64,000 bases of DNA from Mobula hypostoma (taxonomy: Eukaryota): positions 200,510,001 through 200,574,000 of the forward strand of contig NC_086100.1 in NCBI RefSeq assembly GCF_963921235.1, in the 5' to 3' direction. Shown in pieces: positions 1 through 12,607 of this stretch (positions within the stretch are counted from its first letter, which is position 1; each line of letters opens with the position of its first letter). The notes beneath the pieces were generated by a model. That model ran no database searches, was not told the DNA's origin, and worked only from the letters and a program-made list of their open reading frames with translations. The position numbers and the translations under genes are program-made.

Positions 1-3000
1 TGTGGGGGAGAGAGTGAAGGGGGTCAAGTGTGGGGGAGAGAGCGAGGGGGGTTGAGTGTGGGGGAGAGAGCGAGGGAGGGTCGAGTGTGGGGGAGAGAGC
101 GAGGGGTTTGAGTGTTGAGGAGAGAGCGAGGAGGGGTTCAGTGTGGGGAGAGAGTGAGGGGGGTCGAGTGTTGGGGAGAGAGCGAGGGGGTTGAGTGTGG
201 CGGAGAGAGCGAGGGGGGGTTGAGTGTGGGGGAGAGAGCGAGGTCGAGTGTGGGGAGAGAGTGAGGGGGGTCGAGTGTTGGGGAGAGAGCGAGGGGGGTT
301 GAGTGTGGCGGAGAGAGCGAGGGGGGGTTGAGTGTGGGGGAGAGAGCGAGGTCGAGTGTGGGAGAGAGAGCGAGGTGGGGTCAAGTGTGGGGGAGAGAGC
401 GAGGGGGGTTGAGTGTGGGGGAGAGAGCAGGTCAAGTGTGGGAGAGAGAGCGAGGGGGGTCGAGTGTGGGGGAGAGAGCGAGCGGGGGTCGAGTGTGGGG
501 GAGAGAGTGAGGGGGGTTGATTGTGGGGTAGAGAGCGAGGGGGGTTGAGTGTGGGGAGAGAGCGAGGGGGGTAGAGTGTGAGGAGAGAGCAAGGTGGGTT
601 CGAGTGTGGGGGAGAGAGCGAGGGGGGAGTTGAGTGTGGGGGAGAGAGCGGGGGGGTCGAGTGTGGGGAGAGAGCGAGGGGGGGCTGAGTGTGGTGGAGA
701 GAGTGAGGGGGGCTGAGTGTGGGGGAGAGAGCGAGGGTGTTCGAGTGTGGGGGAGAGAGCAAGGTCGAGTGTGGGGGAGAGAGTGAGGGGTCATTGAGTG
801 TGGGGGAGAGAGTGAGGGGGGGTTGAGTGTGGGGGAGAGAGTGAGGGGGGTTGAGTGTGGGGGAGTGAGTGAGAGAGAGTTGAGTGTGGGGGAGAGAGCG
901 AGGGAGTGTCGAGTGTGGGGGAGAGAGCGAGGGGGTTTGAGTGTGGGGGAGAGGGCGAGGGGGGTTGAGTGTGGGGGAGAGAGTGAGGGAGAGTTGAGTG
1001 TGGGGGAGAGAGCGAGGGAGGGTCGAGTGTGGGGGAGAGAGTGAGGGGGGTTGAGTGTTGTGGAGAGAGCAAGTGGGGGTTGAGTGTGGGGGAGAGAGCG
1101 AGAGGGTTTGAGTGTGGGGGAGAGAGCCAGGGGGGTTGAGTGTGGGGGAGAGAGCGAGGGGAGGTTGAGTGTTGGGGAGAGAGCGAGGGGGGTTGAGTGT
1201 GGGGGAGAGAGCGAGGGGGTTGAGTGTGGGGGAGAGAGCGAGGGGGTTGAGTGTGGGGGAGAGAGCAAGGGGGGTTGAGTGAGTGTGGGGGAAAGAGTGG
1301 GGGGGTCAAGTGTGGGGGAGAGAGCGAGGGGGGGTTGAGTGTGGGGGAGAGAGCTAGGGAGGGTCGAGTGTGGGGGAGAGAGAAAGGGGGTTCGAGTGTG
1401 GGGGAGAGAGCGAGGGGGGGTTGAGTGTGGGTGAGAGAGCGAGGGGGGGTTGAGTGTGGGAGAGAGAGCAAGGGGGGGTTGAGTGTGGGAGAGAGAGCGA
1501 GGGGGGTTGAGTGTGGGGGAGAGAGTGAGGGAGAGTTGAGTGTGGGGGAGAGAGCGAGGGAGGGTCGAGTGTGGGGGAGAGAGCGCGAGGGGGGTTTGAG
1601 TGTGGGGGAGAGAGCGAGGGGGTGTGAGTGTGGTGGAGAGAGAGAGGGGGTTTGAGTGTGGGGGAGAGAGCGAGGGGGTTTGAGTGTGGGGGAGAGAGCG
1701 AGGGGGGTTGAGTGTGCTGAGAGAGCGAGGGGGGGTTGAGTGTGGGGGAGAGAGCGAGGGGGTTTGAGTGTGGGGGAGAGAGCGAGGCAGTATCGAGTGT
1801 GGGGGAGAGAGCGAGGGGGTTTGAGTGTGGGGGAGAGAGCGAGGGGGGTTGAGTGTGGGGGAGAGAGCGAGGGGGGTTTTGAGTGCGGGGAGAGAGCGAG
1901 GGGTTGTTGAGTGTTGGGGAGAGAGCGAGGGGGGTTGAGTGTGGGGGAGAGAGCGAGGGGGTTGAGTGTCGGGGAGAGAGCAAGTGGGGTTGAGTGAGTG
2001 TGGGGGAGAGAGCGAGGGGGGTTGAGTGTGGGGGAGAGAGCGACGGAGGGTCGAGTGTGGGGGAGAGAGCGAGGGGGTTGAGTGTTGGGGAGAGAGCGAG
2101 GAGTGGTTCAGTGTGGGGAGAGAGTGCGGGGGGTCGAGTGTTGGGGAGAGAGCGAGGGGGGTTGAGTGTGGCGGAGAGAGCGAGGGGGGGTTGAGTGTGG
2201 GGGAGAGAGCGAGGTCGAGTGTAGGAGAGAGAGCGAGGGGGGGTCGAGTGTGGGGGAGAGAGCGAGGGGGGTTGAGTGTGGGAGAGAGAGCGAGGGGGGG
2301 TCGAGTGTGGGGGAGAGAGCGAGCGGGGGTCGAGTGTTGGGGAGAGAGTGAGGGGGGTTGATTGTGGGGGAGAGAGCGAGGGGGGTTGATTGTGGGGTAG
2401 AGAGGAGGGGGGGATGAGTGTGGGGAGAGAGCGAGTGGGGTAGGGTGTGGGGAGAGAGCAAGGGGGGTTCGAGTGTGGGGGAGAGAGCGAGGGGGGGGTT
2501 GAGTGTGGGGGAGAGAAAGGGGGGGTCGAGTGTGGGGAGTGAGCGAGGGGGGGCTGAGTGTGGTGGAGAGAGTGAGGGGGTTCGAGTGTGGGGGAGAGAG
2601 CGAGGTTGAGTGTGGGGGAGAGAGTGAGGGGGGTTGAGTGTGGGGGAGAGAGCGAGGTCGAGTGTGGGGGAGAGAGCGAGCGGGGGTCGAGTGTGGGGGA
2701 GAGAGCGAGGGGGGGTTGATTGTGGGAGAGAGAGCGAGGGGGGGTTGAGTGTGGGGAGAGAGCAAGGGGGTTCGAGTGTGGGGGAGAGAGCGAGGGGGGG
2801 TTGAGTGTGGGAGAGAGAGCGAGGGGGGGTTGAATGTGGGGGAGAGAGCAAGTGGGGTTGAGTGAGTGTGGGGGAGAGAGCGAGGGGGGTTGAGTGTGGG
2901 GGAGAGAGCGAGGGAGGGTCGAGTGTGGGGGAGAGAGCGAGGGGGTTGAGTGTTGGGGAGAGAGCGAGGAGGGGTTCAGTGTGGGGAGAGAGTGAGGGGG

Positions 3001-6000
3001 GTCGAGTGTTGGGGAGAGAGCGAGGGGGGTTGAGTGTGGCGGAGAGAGCGAGGGGGGGTTGAGTGTGGGGGAGAGAGCGAGGTCGAGTGTGGGAGAGAGC
3101 GCGAGGGGGGGTCGAGTGTGGGGGAGAGATCGAGGGGGGTTGAGTGTGGGGGAGAGAGCGAGGTCAAGTGTGGGAGAGAGAGCGAGGGGGGGTCGAGTGT
3201 GGGGGAGAGAGCGAGCGGGGGTCAAGTGTGGGGGAGAGAGTGAGGGGTGTTGATTGTGGGGTAGAGAGCGAGGGGGGTTTGAGTGTGGGGAGAGAGCGAG
3301 GGGGGTAGAGTGTGGGGAGAGAGCAAGGTGGGTTCGAGTGTGGGGGAGAGAGCGAGGGGGGGGTTGAGTGTGGGGGAGAGAGCGGGGGGGTTCGAGTGTG
3401 GGGAGAGAGCGAGGAGGGGCTGAGTGTGGTGGAGAGAGTCAGGGGGGCTGAGTGTGGGGGAGAGAGTGAGGTCGAGTGTGGGGGAGAGAGTGAGGGAGAG
3501 TTGAGTGTGGGGGAGAGAGCGAGGGAGTGTCGAGTGTGGGGGAGAGAGCGAGGGGGTTTGAGTGTGGGGGAGAGGGCGAGGGGGGTTGAGTGTGGGGGAG
3601 AGAGTGAGGGAGAGTTGAGTGTGGGGGAGAGAGCGAGGGAGGGTCGAGTTTGGGGGAGAGAGTGAGGGGGGTTGAGTGTTGCGGAGAGAGCAAGTGGGGG
3701 TTGAGTGTGGGGGAGAGAGCAAGGGGGGTTGAGTGAGTGTGGGGGAGAGAGTGGGGGGGTCAAGTGTGGGGGAGAGAGCGAGGGGGTTGAGTGTGGGGGA
3801 GAGAGCAAGGGGGTTGAGTGTGGGGGAGAGAGCAAGGGGGGTTGAGTGAGTGTGGGGGAGAGAGTGGGGGGGTCAAGTGTGGGGGAGAGAGCGAGGGGGG
3901 TTGAGTGTGGGGGAGAGAGCTAGGGAGGGTCGAGTGTGGGGGAGAGAGGAAGGGGCTTCGAGTGTGGGGGAGAGAGCGAGGGGGGGTTGAGTGTGGGAGA
4001 GAGAGCGGGGGGGGTTGAGTGTGGGAGAGAGAGCGAGGGGGGTTGAGTGTGGGGGAGAGAGTGAGGGAGAGTTGAGTGTGGGGGAGAGAGCGAGGGAGGG
4101 TCGAGTGTGGGGGAGATAGCGAGGGGGGTTTGAGTGTGGGGGAGAGAGCGAGGGGGTGTGAGTGTGGTGGAGAGAGTGAGGGGGTTTGAGTGTGGGGGAG
4201 AGAGCGAGGGGGTTTGAGTGTGGGGGAGAGAGCGAGGGGGGTTGAGTGTGCTGAGAGAGCGAGGGGGGGTTGAGTGTGGGGGAGAGAGCGAGGGGGTTTG
4301 AGTGTGGGGGAGAGAGCGAGGGAGAGTTGAGTGTGGGGGAGAGAGTGAGGGGGGTTGAGTGTGGGGGAGAGAGTGAGGGAGAGTTGAGTGTGGGAGAGAG
4401 AGCGAGGGAGTGTCGTGTGTGGGGGAGAGAGCGAGGGGGTTTGAGTGTGGGGGAGAGAGCGAGTGGGGTTGAGTGTGGGGGAGAGAGCGAGGGGTTTTTG
4501 AGTGCGGGGAGAGAGCGAGGGGTGTTTTGAGTGCGGGGAGAGAGCGAGGGGTTGTTGAGTGTTGGGGAGAGAGCGAGGGGGGTTGAGTGTGGGGGAGAGA
4601 GCGATGGGGTTGAGTGTCGGGGAGAGAGCAAGTGGGGTTGAGTGAGTGTGGGTGAGAGAGCGAGGGGGGTTGAGTGTGGGGGAGAGAGCGACGGAGGGTC
4701 GAGTGTGGGGGAGAGAGCGAGGGGGTCGAGTGTTGGGGAGAGAGCGAGGGGGGTTGAGTGTGGCGGAGAGAGCGAGGGGGGGTTGAGTGTGGGGGAGAGA
4801 GCGAGGTCGAGTGTGGGAGAGAGAGCGAGGGGGGGTCGAGTGTGGGGGAGAGAGCGAGGGGGGTTGAGTGTGGGGGAGAGAGCGAGGTCAAGTGTGGGAG
4901 AGAGAGCGAGCTGGGGTCGAGTGTGGGGGAGAGAGCGAGCGGGGGTCGAGTGTTGGGGAGAGAGTGAGGGGGGTTGATTGTGGGGGAGAGAGCGAGGGGG
5001 GTTGATTGTGGGGTAGAGAGCGAGGGGGGGATGAGTGTGGGGAGAGAGCGTGTGGGGTAGAGTGTGGGGAGAGAGCAAGGGGGGTTCGAGTGTGGGGGAG
5101 AGAGCGAGGGGGGGGTTGAGTGTGGGGGAGAGAGCGGGGGGGTCGAGTGTGGGGAGAGAGCGAGGGGGGGCTGAGTGTGGTGGAGAGAGTGAGGGGGCTG
5201 AGTGTGGGGGAGAGAGCGAGGGGGTTCGAGTGTGGGGGAGAGAGCGATGGGGTTCGAGTGTGGGGGAGAGGGCGAGGTCGAGTGTGGGGGAGAGAGTGAG
5301 GGGGGTTGAGTGTGGGGGAGACAGCGAGGTCGAGTGTGGGAGAGAGAGCGAGGGGGGGTCGAGTGTGGGGGAGAGAGCAAGCGGGGGTCGAGTGTGGGGG
5401 AGAGAGCGAGGGGGGGTTGATTGTGGGAGAGAGAGTGAGGGGGGGTTGAGTGTGGGGAGAGAGAAAGGGGGTTCGAGTGTGGGGGAGAGAGCGAGGGGGG
5501 TTTGAGTGTTGCGGAGAGAGCAAGGGGGTTCGAGTGTGGGTGAGAAAGCGAGGGGGGGTTGAGTGTGGGAGAGAGAGCGAGGGGGGGTTGAGTGTGGGAG
5601 AGAGAGCGAGGGGGGTTGAGAGTGAGGGAGAGTTGAGTGTGGGGGAGAGAGCGAGGGAGGTTCGAGTGTGGGGGAGAGAGCGAGGGGGGTTGGAGTGTGG
5701 GGGAGAGCGAGGGGGTTTGAGTGTAGGGGAGAGAGCGAGGGGGTTTGGAGTGTGGGGGAGATAGCGAGGGGGTTTGAGTGTGGGGGAGAGAGCGAGGGGG
5801 GTTGAGTGTGGGGGATCGAGCGAGGGGGGGTTGAGTGTGGGGGATCGAGCGAGGGGGGGTTGAGTGTGGGGGGATCGAGCGAGGGGGGTTGAGTGTGGGG
5901 GAGAGAGCGAGGGGGGGTTGAGTGTGGGGGAGAGAGCGGGGGGGGTCGAGTGTGGGGAGAGAGCGAGGGGGGCTGAGTGTGGTGGAGAGAGTGAGGGGGG

Positions 6001-9000
6001 TTGAGTGTGGAAGAGAGAGCAAGGGGGGGTCGAGTGTGGGGGAGAGAGCGAGCGGGGGTCGAGTGTGGGGGAGAGAGCGAGGGGGGGTTGATTGTGGGAG
6101 AGAGAGCGAGGGGGGGTTGAGTGTGGGGAGAGAGCGAGGGGGGGTTGAGTGTGGGGAGAGAGCGAGGGGGTAGAGTGTGGGAGAGAGAGCAAGAGCGGGT
6201 TTGAGTGTGGGGAGAGAGCAAGGGGGTTCGAGTGTTGGGGAGAGAGCGAGGGGCGGTTGAGTGTTGCGGAGAGAGCAAGGGGGTTCGAGTGTGGGGGAGA
6301 GAGCGAGGGGGGTTGAGTGTGGGAGAGAGAACGAGGGAGGGTTGAGTGTGGGGGAGAGAGTGAGGGAGAGTTGAGTGTGGGGGAGAGGGCGAGGGAGGGT
6401 CGAGTGTGGTGGAGAGAGTGAGGGGGGGTCGAGTGTGGGGGAGAGAGCGAGGGGCGGTTGAGTGTGGGGGAGAGAGCGAGGGGGGTTGAGTGTGCGGAGA
6501 GAGCGAGGGGGGGTTGAGTGTTGGGGAGAGAGCGAGGGGGTTTGAGTGTGGGGTGAGAGCGAGGGGGGTTGAGTGTGGGGGAGAGAGCGAGGGGGGTTGA
6601 GTGTGGGGGAGAGAGCGAGGGGGGGTGGAGTGTGGGGGAGAGAGCGGGGGGGTCGAGTGTGGGGAGAGAGCGAGGGGGGGCTGAGTGTGGTGGAGAGAGT
6701 GAGGGGGGTTGAGTGTGGGGGAGAGAGCGAGGGGGTTCGAGTGTGGGGGAGAGAGCGAGGTCGAGTGTGGGGGAGAGTGAGGGGGGTTGAGTGTGGGGGA
6801 GAGAGTGAAGGGGGTTGAGTGTGGGGGAGAGAGCGAGCTCGAGTGTGGAAGAGAGAGCGAGGGGGGGTCGAGTGTGGGGGAGAGAGCGAGCGGGGGTCGA
6901 GTGTGGGGGAGAGAGCGAGGGGGGGTTGATTGTGGGAGAGAGAGCGAGGGGGGTTGAGTGTGGGGAGAGAGCGAGGGGGAGTTGAGTGTGGGGAGAGAGC
7001 AAGGGGGTTCGAGTGTGGGGGAGAGAGCAGGGGGGGTTGAGTGTGGGGAGAGAGCAAGGGGGTTCGAGTGTGGGGGAGAGAGCAGGGGGGGTTGAGTGTT
7101 GCGGAGAGAGCAAGGGGGTTCGAGTGTGGGGGAGAGAGCGAGGGGGGGTTGATTGTGGGGTAGAGAGCGAGGGGTGGTTGAGTGTGGGGAGAGCGAGGGG
7201 GGTAGAGTGTGGGGAGAGAGCAAGGGGGGTTCGAGTGTGGGGGAGAGAGTGAGGGGGTTGAGTGTGGGGGAGAGAGCGAGGGGGGGTTGAGTGTGGGGGA
7301 GAGAGCGGGGGGGTCGAGTGTGGGGGAGAGAGTGAGGGGGGTTGAGTGTGGGGGAGAGAGCGAGGGGGGTTGAGTGTGGGGGAGAGAGCGAGGGGGTTCG
7401 AGTGTGGGGGAGAGAGCGAGTGTGGGGGAGAGAGTGAGGGGGGTTGAGTGTGGGGGAGAGAGCGAGCTCGAGTGTGGAAGAGAGAGCGAGGGGGGGTCGA
7501 GTGTGGGGGAGAGAGCGAGCGGGGGTCGAGTGTGGGGGAGAGAGCGAGGGGGGGTTGATTGTGGGAGAGAGAGCGAGGGGGGTTGAGTGTGGGGAGAGAG
7601 CGAGGGGGGGTTGAGTGTGGGGAGAGAGCGAGGGGGGGTTGAGTGTGGGGAGAGAGCGAGGGGGGTTAGAGTGTGGGAGAGAGAGCAAGGGGGGGTTGAG
7701 TGTGGGGAGAGAGCAAGGGGGTTCGAGTGTGGGGGAGAGAGCGAGGGGGGGTTGAGTGTTGCGGAGAGATTGAGGGGGGCTGAGTGTGGGGGAGAGAGCG
7801 AGGTCGAGTGTGGGGGAGAGAGTGAGGGGGGTTGAGTGTGGGGGAGAGAGTGAGGGGGTTGAGTGTGGGGGAGAGAGCGAGGTCGAGTGTGGGAGAGAGA
7901 GAGAGGGGGGGTCGAGTGTGGGGGAGAGAGCGAGCGGGGGTCGAGTGTGGGGGAGAGAGCGAGGGGGGGTTGATTGTGGGAGAGAGAGCAAGGGGGACTT
8001 GAGTGTGGGGAGAGAGCAAGGGGGTTTGAGTGTGGGGGAGAGAGCGAGGGGGGGTTGAGTGTTGCGGAGAGAGCAAGGGGGTTCGAGTGTGGGGGAGAGA
8101 GCGAGGGGGGGTTGAGTGTGGGAGAGAGAGCGAGGGGGGGTTGAGTGTGGGAGAGAGAGCGAGGGGGGTTGAGAGTGAGGGAGAGTTGAGTGTGGGGGAG
8201 AGAGCGAGGGAGGTTCGAGTGTGGGGGAGAGAGCGAGGGGGGTTGGAGTGTGGGGGAGAGAGCGAGGGGGTTTGAGTGTGGGGGAGAGAGCGAGGGGGGT
8301 TGAGTGTGGGGGGATCGAGCGAGGGGGGTTGAGTGTGGGGGAGAGAGCGGGGTGGTCGAGTGTGGGGAGAGAGCGAGGGGGGCTGAGTGTGGTGGAGAGA
8401 GTGAGGGGGGTTGAGTGTGGGGGAGAGAGTGAGGGGGTTCGAGTGTGGGGGAGAGAGCGAGGTCGAGTGTGGGGGAGAGAGTGAGGTGGGTTGAGTGTGG
8501 GGGAGAGAGTGAGGGGGGTTGAGTGTGGGGGAGAGAGCGAGGGGGGGTCGAGTGTGGTGGAGAGAGTGAGGGGGGTCGAGTGTGGGAGAGAGAGCGAGGG
8601 GGAGTCGAGTGTGGGGGAGAGAGCGAGTGGGGTTGACTGTGGGGGAGAGAGCGAGGTCGAGTGTGGGAGAGAGAGCGAGGGGGTATCGAGTGTGGGGGAG
8701 AGAGCGAGGGGGGTTGAGTGTGGGGGAGAGAGCGAGGTCAAGTGTGGGAGAGAGAGCGAGGGGGGTCGATTGTGGTGGAGAGAGCGAGCGGGGGTCGAGT
8801 GTGGGGGAGAGAGCGAGGGGGGGTTGATTGTGGGGGAGAGAGCGAGGGGGGGTTGAGTGTGGGGAGAGAGCGAGGGGGGTTGAGTGTGGGGAGAGAGCGA
8901 GGGGGGTAGAATGTGGGGAGAGAGCAAGGGGGGTTCGAGTGTGGGGGAGAGAGCGAGGGGGGATTGAGTGTTGCGGAGAGAGCAAGGGGGTTCGAGTGTG

Positions 9001-9085
9001 GGGGAGAGAGCAAGGGGGTTCGAGTGCGGGGGAGAGAGCGAGGGGGGGTTGAGTGTGGGGGAGAGAGTGAGGGGGGGTTGAGTCT
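1..9085. repeat. G-rich minisatellite, ~30-33 bp unit TTGAGTGTGGGGGAGAGAGCGAGGGGGG; runs off the left window edge
   Basis: Hundreds of tandem variant units; extreme G/purine strand bias; all long Pro/Ser/Leu/His/Thr or Gly/Glu/Arg ORFs here are translations of the unit. Confidence 0.98.
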
Positions 9086-9109
9086 GGGGGAGAGAATAAG
9101 GGAGAGATT

Positions 9110-10100
9110 GAGAGGGTTTGAGTGTGGGGATGGGTGTGTGGGTGGTGGAGGGAGGGAGGGTTTGTGTGTGGGTGGGGGAGAGAGGGAGAGGTTGAGTGTG
9201 GGTGGGGGAGAGCGGGAGGGGTTGAGTGTGGGGATGGGTGTGTGGGTGGGGGAGGTAGGGAGGGTTTGAGTGTGGGTGGGGGAGAGCGGGAGGGGTTGAG
9301 TGTGGGTAGGGGAGAGCGGGAGGGGTTGAGTGTGGGGATGGGTGTGTGGGTGGGGGAGGGAGGGAGGGTTTGAGTGTGGGTGGGGGAGGGCGGGAGGGTT
9401 GAGTGTGAATGAGGGATGGAGGGTTTGAGTGTGGGTTGGGGAGAGAGGGAGGGTTGAGTGTGGGTGGGGGAGAGTGGGAGGGGTTGAGTGTGGGGATGGG
9501 TGTGTGGGTGGGGGAGGGAGGGAGGGTTTGAGTGCGGGTGGGGGAGGGAGGGAGGGAGGGTTGAGTGTGGGTGAGGGAGGGAGGGTTTGAGTGTGGGTGG
9601 GGGAGGGAGGGAGGGGTTGAGTGTGGGGATGGGTGTGTGGGTGGGGGAGGGAGGGTTTGCGTGTGGGTGGGGGAGAGCGGGAGGGGTTGAGTGTGGGGAT
9701 GGGTGGGTGGGTGAGGGAGGGAGGGGTTGTGTGGGTGAAGGAGGGAGGGTTTGAGTGTGGGTGGGGGAGGGAGGGAGAGGTTAAGTGTGGGTGGGTGAGG
9801 GAGGGAGGGTTTGAGTGTGGGTGAGGGAGGGAGGGAGGGTTGAGTGTGGGTAGGGGAGAGCGGGAGGGTTTGAGTGTGGGGATGGGTGTGTGGGTGGGGG
9901 AGGGAGGGAGGGGTTGTGTGGGTGAAGGAGGGAGGGTTTGAGTGTGGGTGGGGGAGGGAGGGAGAGGTTAAGTGTGGGTGGGTGAGGGAGGGAGGGTTTG
10001 AGTGTGGGTGAGGGAGGGAGGGAGGGTTGAGTGTGGGTAGGGGAGAGCGGGAGGGTTTGAGTGTGGGGATGGGTGTGTGGGTGGGGGAGGGAGGGTGAGG
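9110..10100. repeat. Second G-rich satellite (GGGAGGGAGGGTTTGAGTGTGGGTGGG-type), related to the main array
   Basis: Shares the TTGAGTGTGGG core but has different spacers; internal ~187 bp duplication (GTTGTGTGGGTGAAGG at 9726 and 9913). Confidence 0.92.
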
Positions 10101-10269
10101 GGTATCTATTCAGAAGGGTCAGTGAGAGGGTTCAGGTGGGTGGAGAGAGCGAGAATGGGTTGTATGGGAGAAGGAAGAGGATTTTGGGTTGAGGGTTAGA
10201 ACTACATCCTAACTCACTGGCCTCTCCCTGGGATCTCTATTTCTCTGCCGGGATTGCCAACTTGGAGAA

Positions 10270-10800
10270 TTCTGCAGCAGACGTCGGGAAGCATTTGACC
10301 ATCAGCAAAATGTTCCAAGTCCCGGATCCTCGGCCCTCGGGGTGCGGGACGGAATCTCCCCTCAGCCCCTGTACCAACCCTGCACAGAACCCCGAGCTTC
10401 GGAAGGATCGGCAGCCTCCGCTCCGGTGCGACGCGGGATTTGGAGCGGCGCTGCAGCTTCGTTACCTGTGTTGGATCCGGTGACGATGGCCGTCTTGCCG
10501 GTGAGATCCACGGGGCAATCCTTGGGTCTCCAGCAGCCCTTCCTCTGTAACCGGACCACCAAGTAAAGGAGGATGGAAGCCACGAACCAGAGAGGATGGG
10601 AGGTGAGAGAGGAGAGGACGGAGATAATGGAACTGAGCTGTACGCGATCCATGTTCCCTGCGAACTGTGACGGGACGTTTCTCAGAATACACGCTCAGCT
10701 CAGAGTACAACGTCCCACCGTTAAAGGGACTTTGACAACACACACTCCGAGGTCGGGAGGGATGTGGTGTTTGGCCAGAGGACCTTATGACACACGTTTG
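10270..10800 (-). promoter_or_regulatory. CpG-rich region around the SDR first exon; probable promoter
   Basis: Local CpG enrichment relative to the flanks, overlapping the ATG exon; no clear core motif identified. Confidence 0.45.
10466..10652 (-). CDS. First coding exon of a retinol dehydrogenase-like SDR (RDH11/RDH12/DHRS13 group); no further exons recognised in the window
   Basis: MDRVQ...HPLWFVASILLYLVVRLQRKGCWRPKDCPVDLTGKTAIVTGSNTG: hydrophobic N-terminal anchor followed by the Rossmann TGxxxGxG start. Donor ACAG|GTAACG at 10465 is phase 1 inside the Gly motif, as typical for this group. Confidence 0.88.
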
Positions 10801-10825
10801 TACCCAGAGAAACACACGGAAATAT

Positions 10826-11010
10826 TCAAACTTCAAAATAAATTTATTATCAATCTACATATGATCCATTTTCCTGCGGGCATTCACAGAATCAATGAAA
10901 AACAAAGACAGACAGTGTGAGAAAGTCAGTACATTCTGCAAATACACACAGAAAAACAACAAATTGATAATGACACTAATCGATAAATAATGTTGAGAAC
11001 ACGACTGGTG
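10826..11010 (-). mobile_element. Retroelement 3'-tail repeat (probably Rex1-associated)
   Basis: Reverse complement (AATGCCCGCAGGAAAATG...TTGATAATAAATTTA) matches 51240-51320. Confidence 0.6.
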
Positions 11011-11024
11011 TCCTGAGCTGCGTA

Positions 11025-12607
11025 CAGTCGTTTTCAATGCAGGAAATATCATAGGAGGTCAGGTGAGCTGAAGGCATGGATCAACACCTGGGACTCAGAC
11101 ATTGTAGCCATTGGTGAGACCTGGTTGCAGGAGGGGGCAGGACTGGCAGCTCAACATTCCAGGGTTCTGTTGTATTAATTGTGACAGGGTGGGATGGATT
11201 AAAAGAGGAGGGATGGTGTTACTAGTCAGAGATAATATCAGTTCAGTGCTCAGTCAGGACAAACTGGATAACTGGTCTGGTCAGGCATGGGGCAACAAGG
11301 CCCTTCCCTAGTTGCCTCATGTGGCGATGAGCTGCCTTCTTGATCTGCTGCAGTCCCCGAGGTGTGGGGACACCCACAGTGCTGTTAGGGAGGGGATTCC
11401 ATGATTTTGACCCAGTGACAATGAGGGAAAGTGATATGTTTCCAGGTCAGGATGGTGAGTGATTTGGAGGGGGATTTCCAAGTGGTGGTGTTCCCAGGTA
11501 TCTGCTGCTCTTGTTCTTCCAGACGGTAGCAGTTGTGGGTCTGGAAGGTGCTTCTTTAGGAACTGTGGTGTGTTGTTGCAGAGCATCTTGTAGATAGTAC
11601 ACACTGGAACTGTTTGTCGATGGTGGAGGGACTGGATGCTTTGGGAAGGGGAACCAATCAAGTGGGCTGCCTTGTACTGGATGGTGTCGAGCTTCTTGAG
11701 TGTCGATGGAGTTGCACTCACCCAGGCGAGTGGTGAGTATTCCTGACCTGACCTGACCTGACCTGAGTGGACAGGCTTTGGGGAATCAGAAGGTAAGTTA
11801 CACTCCACAGGGTTCCTAGCCTTTGACCTGCTGTGGTAGCCACGGTGTCGAAATGGCGAGAGCAGTTCAGTTTCCTGTTGAAGGTAACCCCAGGATGTTG
11901 ATAGCAGGGGATTCAGTGATGGTGGTGCCACTGAATGTTAAGGGACGATGGTTAGAGCCTCTCTTGTTGGAGATGGTCATTGTCTGGCACTTGCATGGCT
12001 CGAATGTTACGTGCCACTTGTCAGCCCAAACCTGGAGATTGTCCAGGTCCAGCTGCATTTGGGTATGAACTGCTTCACTATCTGAGGAGTCACGAATGGT
12101 GCAGAACGTTGTGCTGTCATCTGTGAACATCCCCACTTCTGACCTTATGACAGACGGAGGGTCACTGTTGACGCAAATGAAGATGGTTGTCCCTCAGACA
12201 CTTGCCTGAGGAACTCCCGCAGTGATGTCCTGAGGATGAGATGGTTGTCCTCCAACCATCACAACCGTCTTCCTTTGTGTCAGGTATGATTCCAACCAGT
12301 GGAGGGTTTTCCCCCTAATTCCCATTGACTCCATTTCAGCTCAGCAACCTTGATGCCATACTCAGAAAGCTATGACCACGTTAACACACCAGCAGCAGTC
12401 CGACAGAATTAGAGGAACAAACTTGAAAAGGAGATCGCCGACTGTTGCAAGGAATATAAGGTTGCTATAGTAGGTGATATTAACTTTCCACATTTTGACT
12501 GGAGTCTCATACTGTCAAAGGACTAGATGGGACAGAGTTTGTCAAATGTGTTCAGGAAAGTTTTTCATCAACGCATAGAAGTCCCAGTGAGAGAGCATGC
12601 TACACAT
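11025..12607 (+). mobile_element. Old CR1 LINE endonuclease fragment, split by an insertion at 11281-12365
   Basis: Degenerate FNAR, DIVAI-ETW, GQDWQLNIPG, GGxxLLV motifs (11025-11280), resuming with VGDxNFP-DW and EFVKCVQES (12385-12607). Confidence 0.75.
11281..12365 (-). mobile_element. Divergent CR1/L2-group LINE, 3' reverse transcriptase fragment
   Basis: MFTDDST (FADD-like), WADKWHVTF, EYSPLAW, LDTIQYKAAHLI, SLHHR motifs; frameshifted. Confidence 0.8.

Noticed and set aside
432..9052. Very long ORFs (up to 1684 aa) resembling mucin or extensin
   Set aside because: Open in several frames because the satellite unit lacks stops on that strand; non-ATG starts; no unique sequence.
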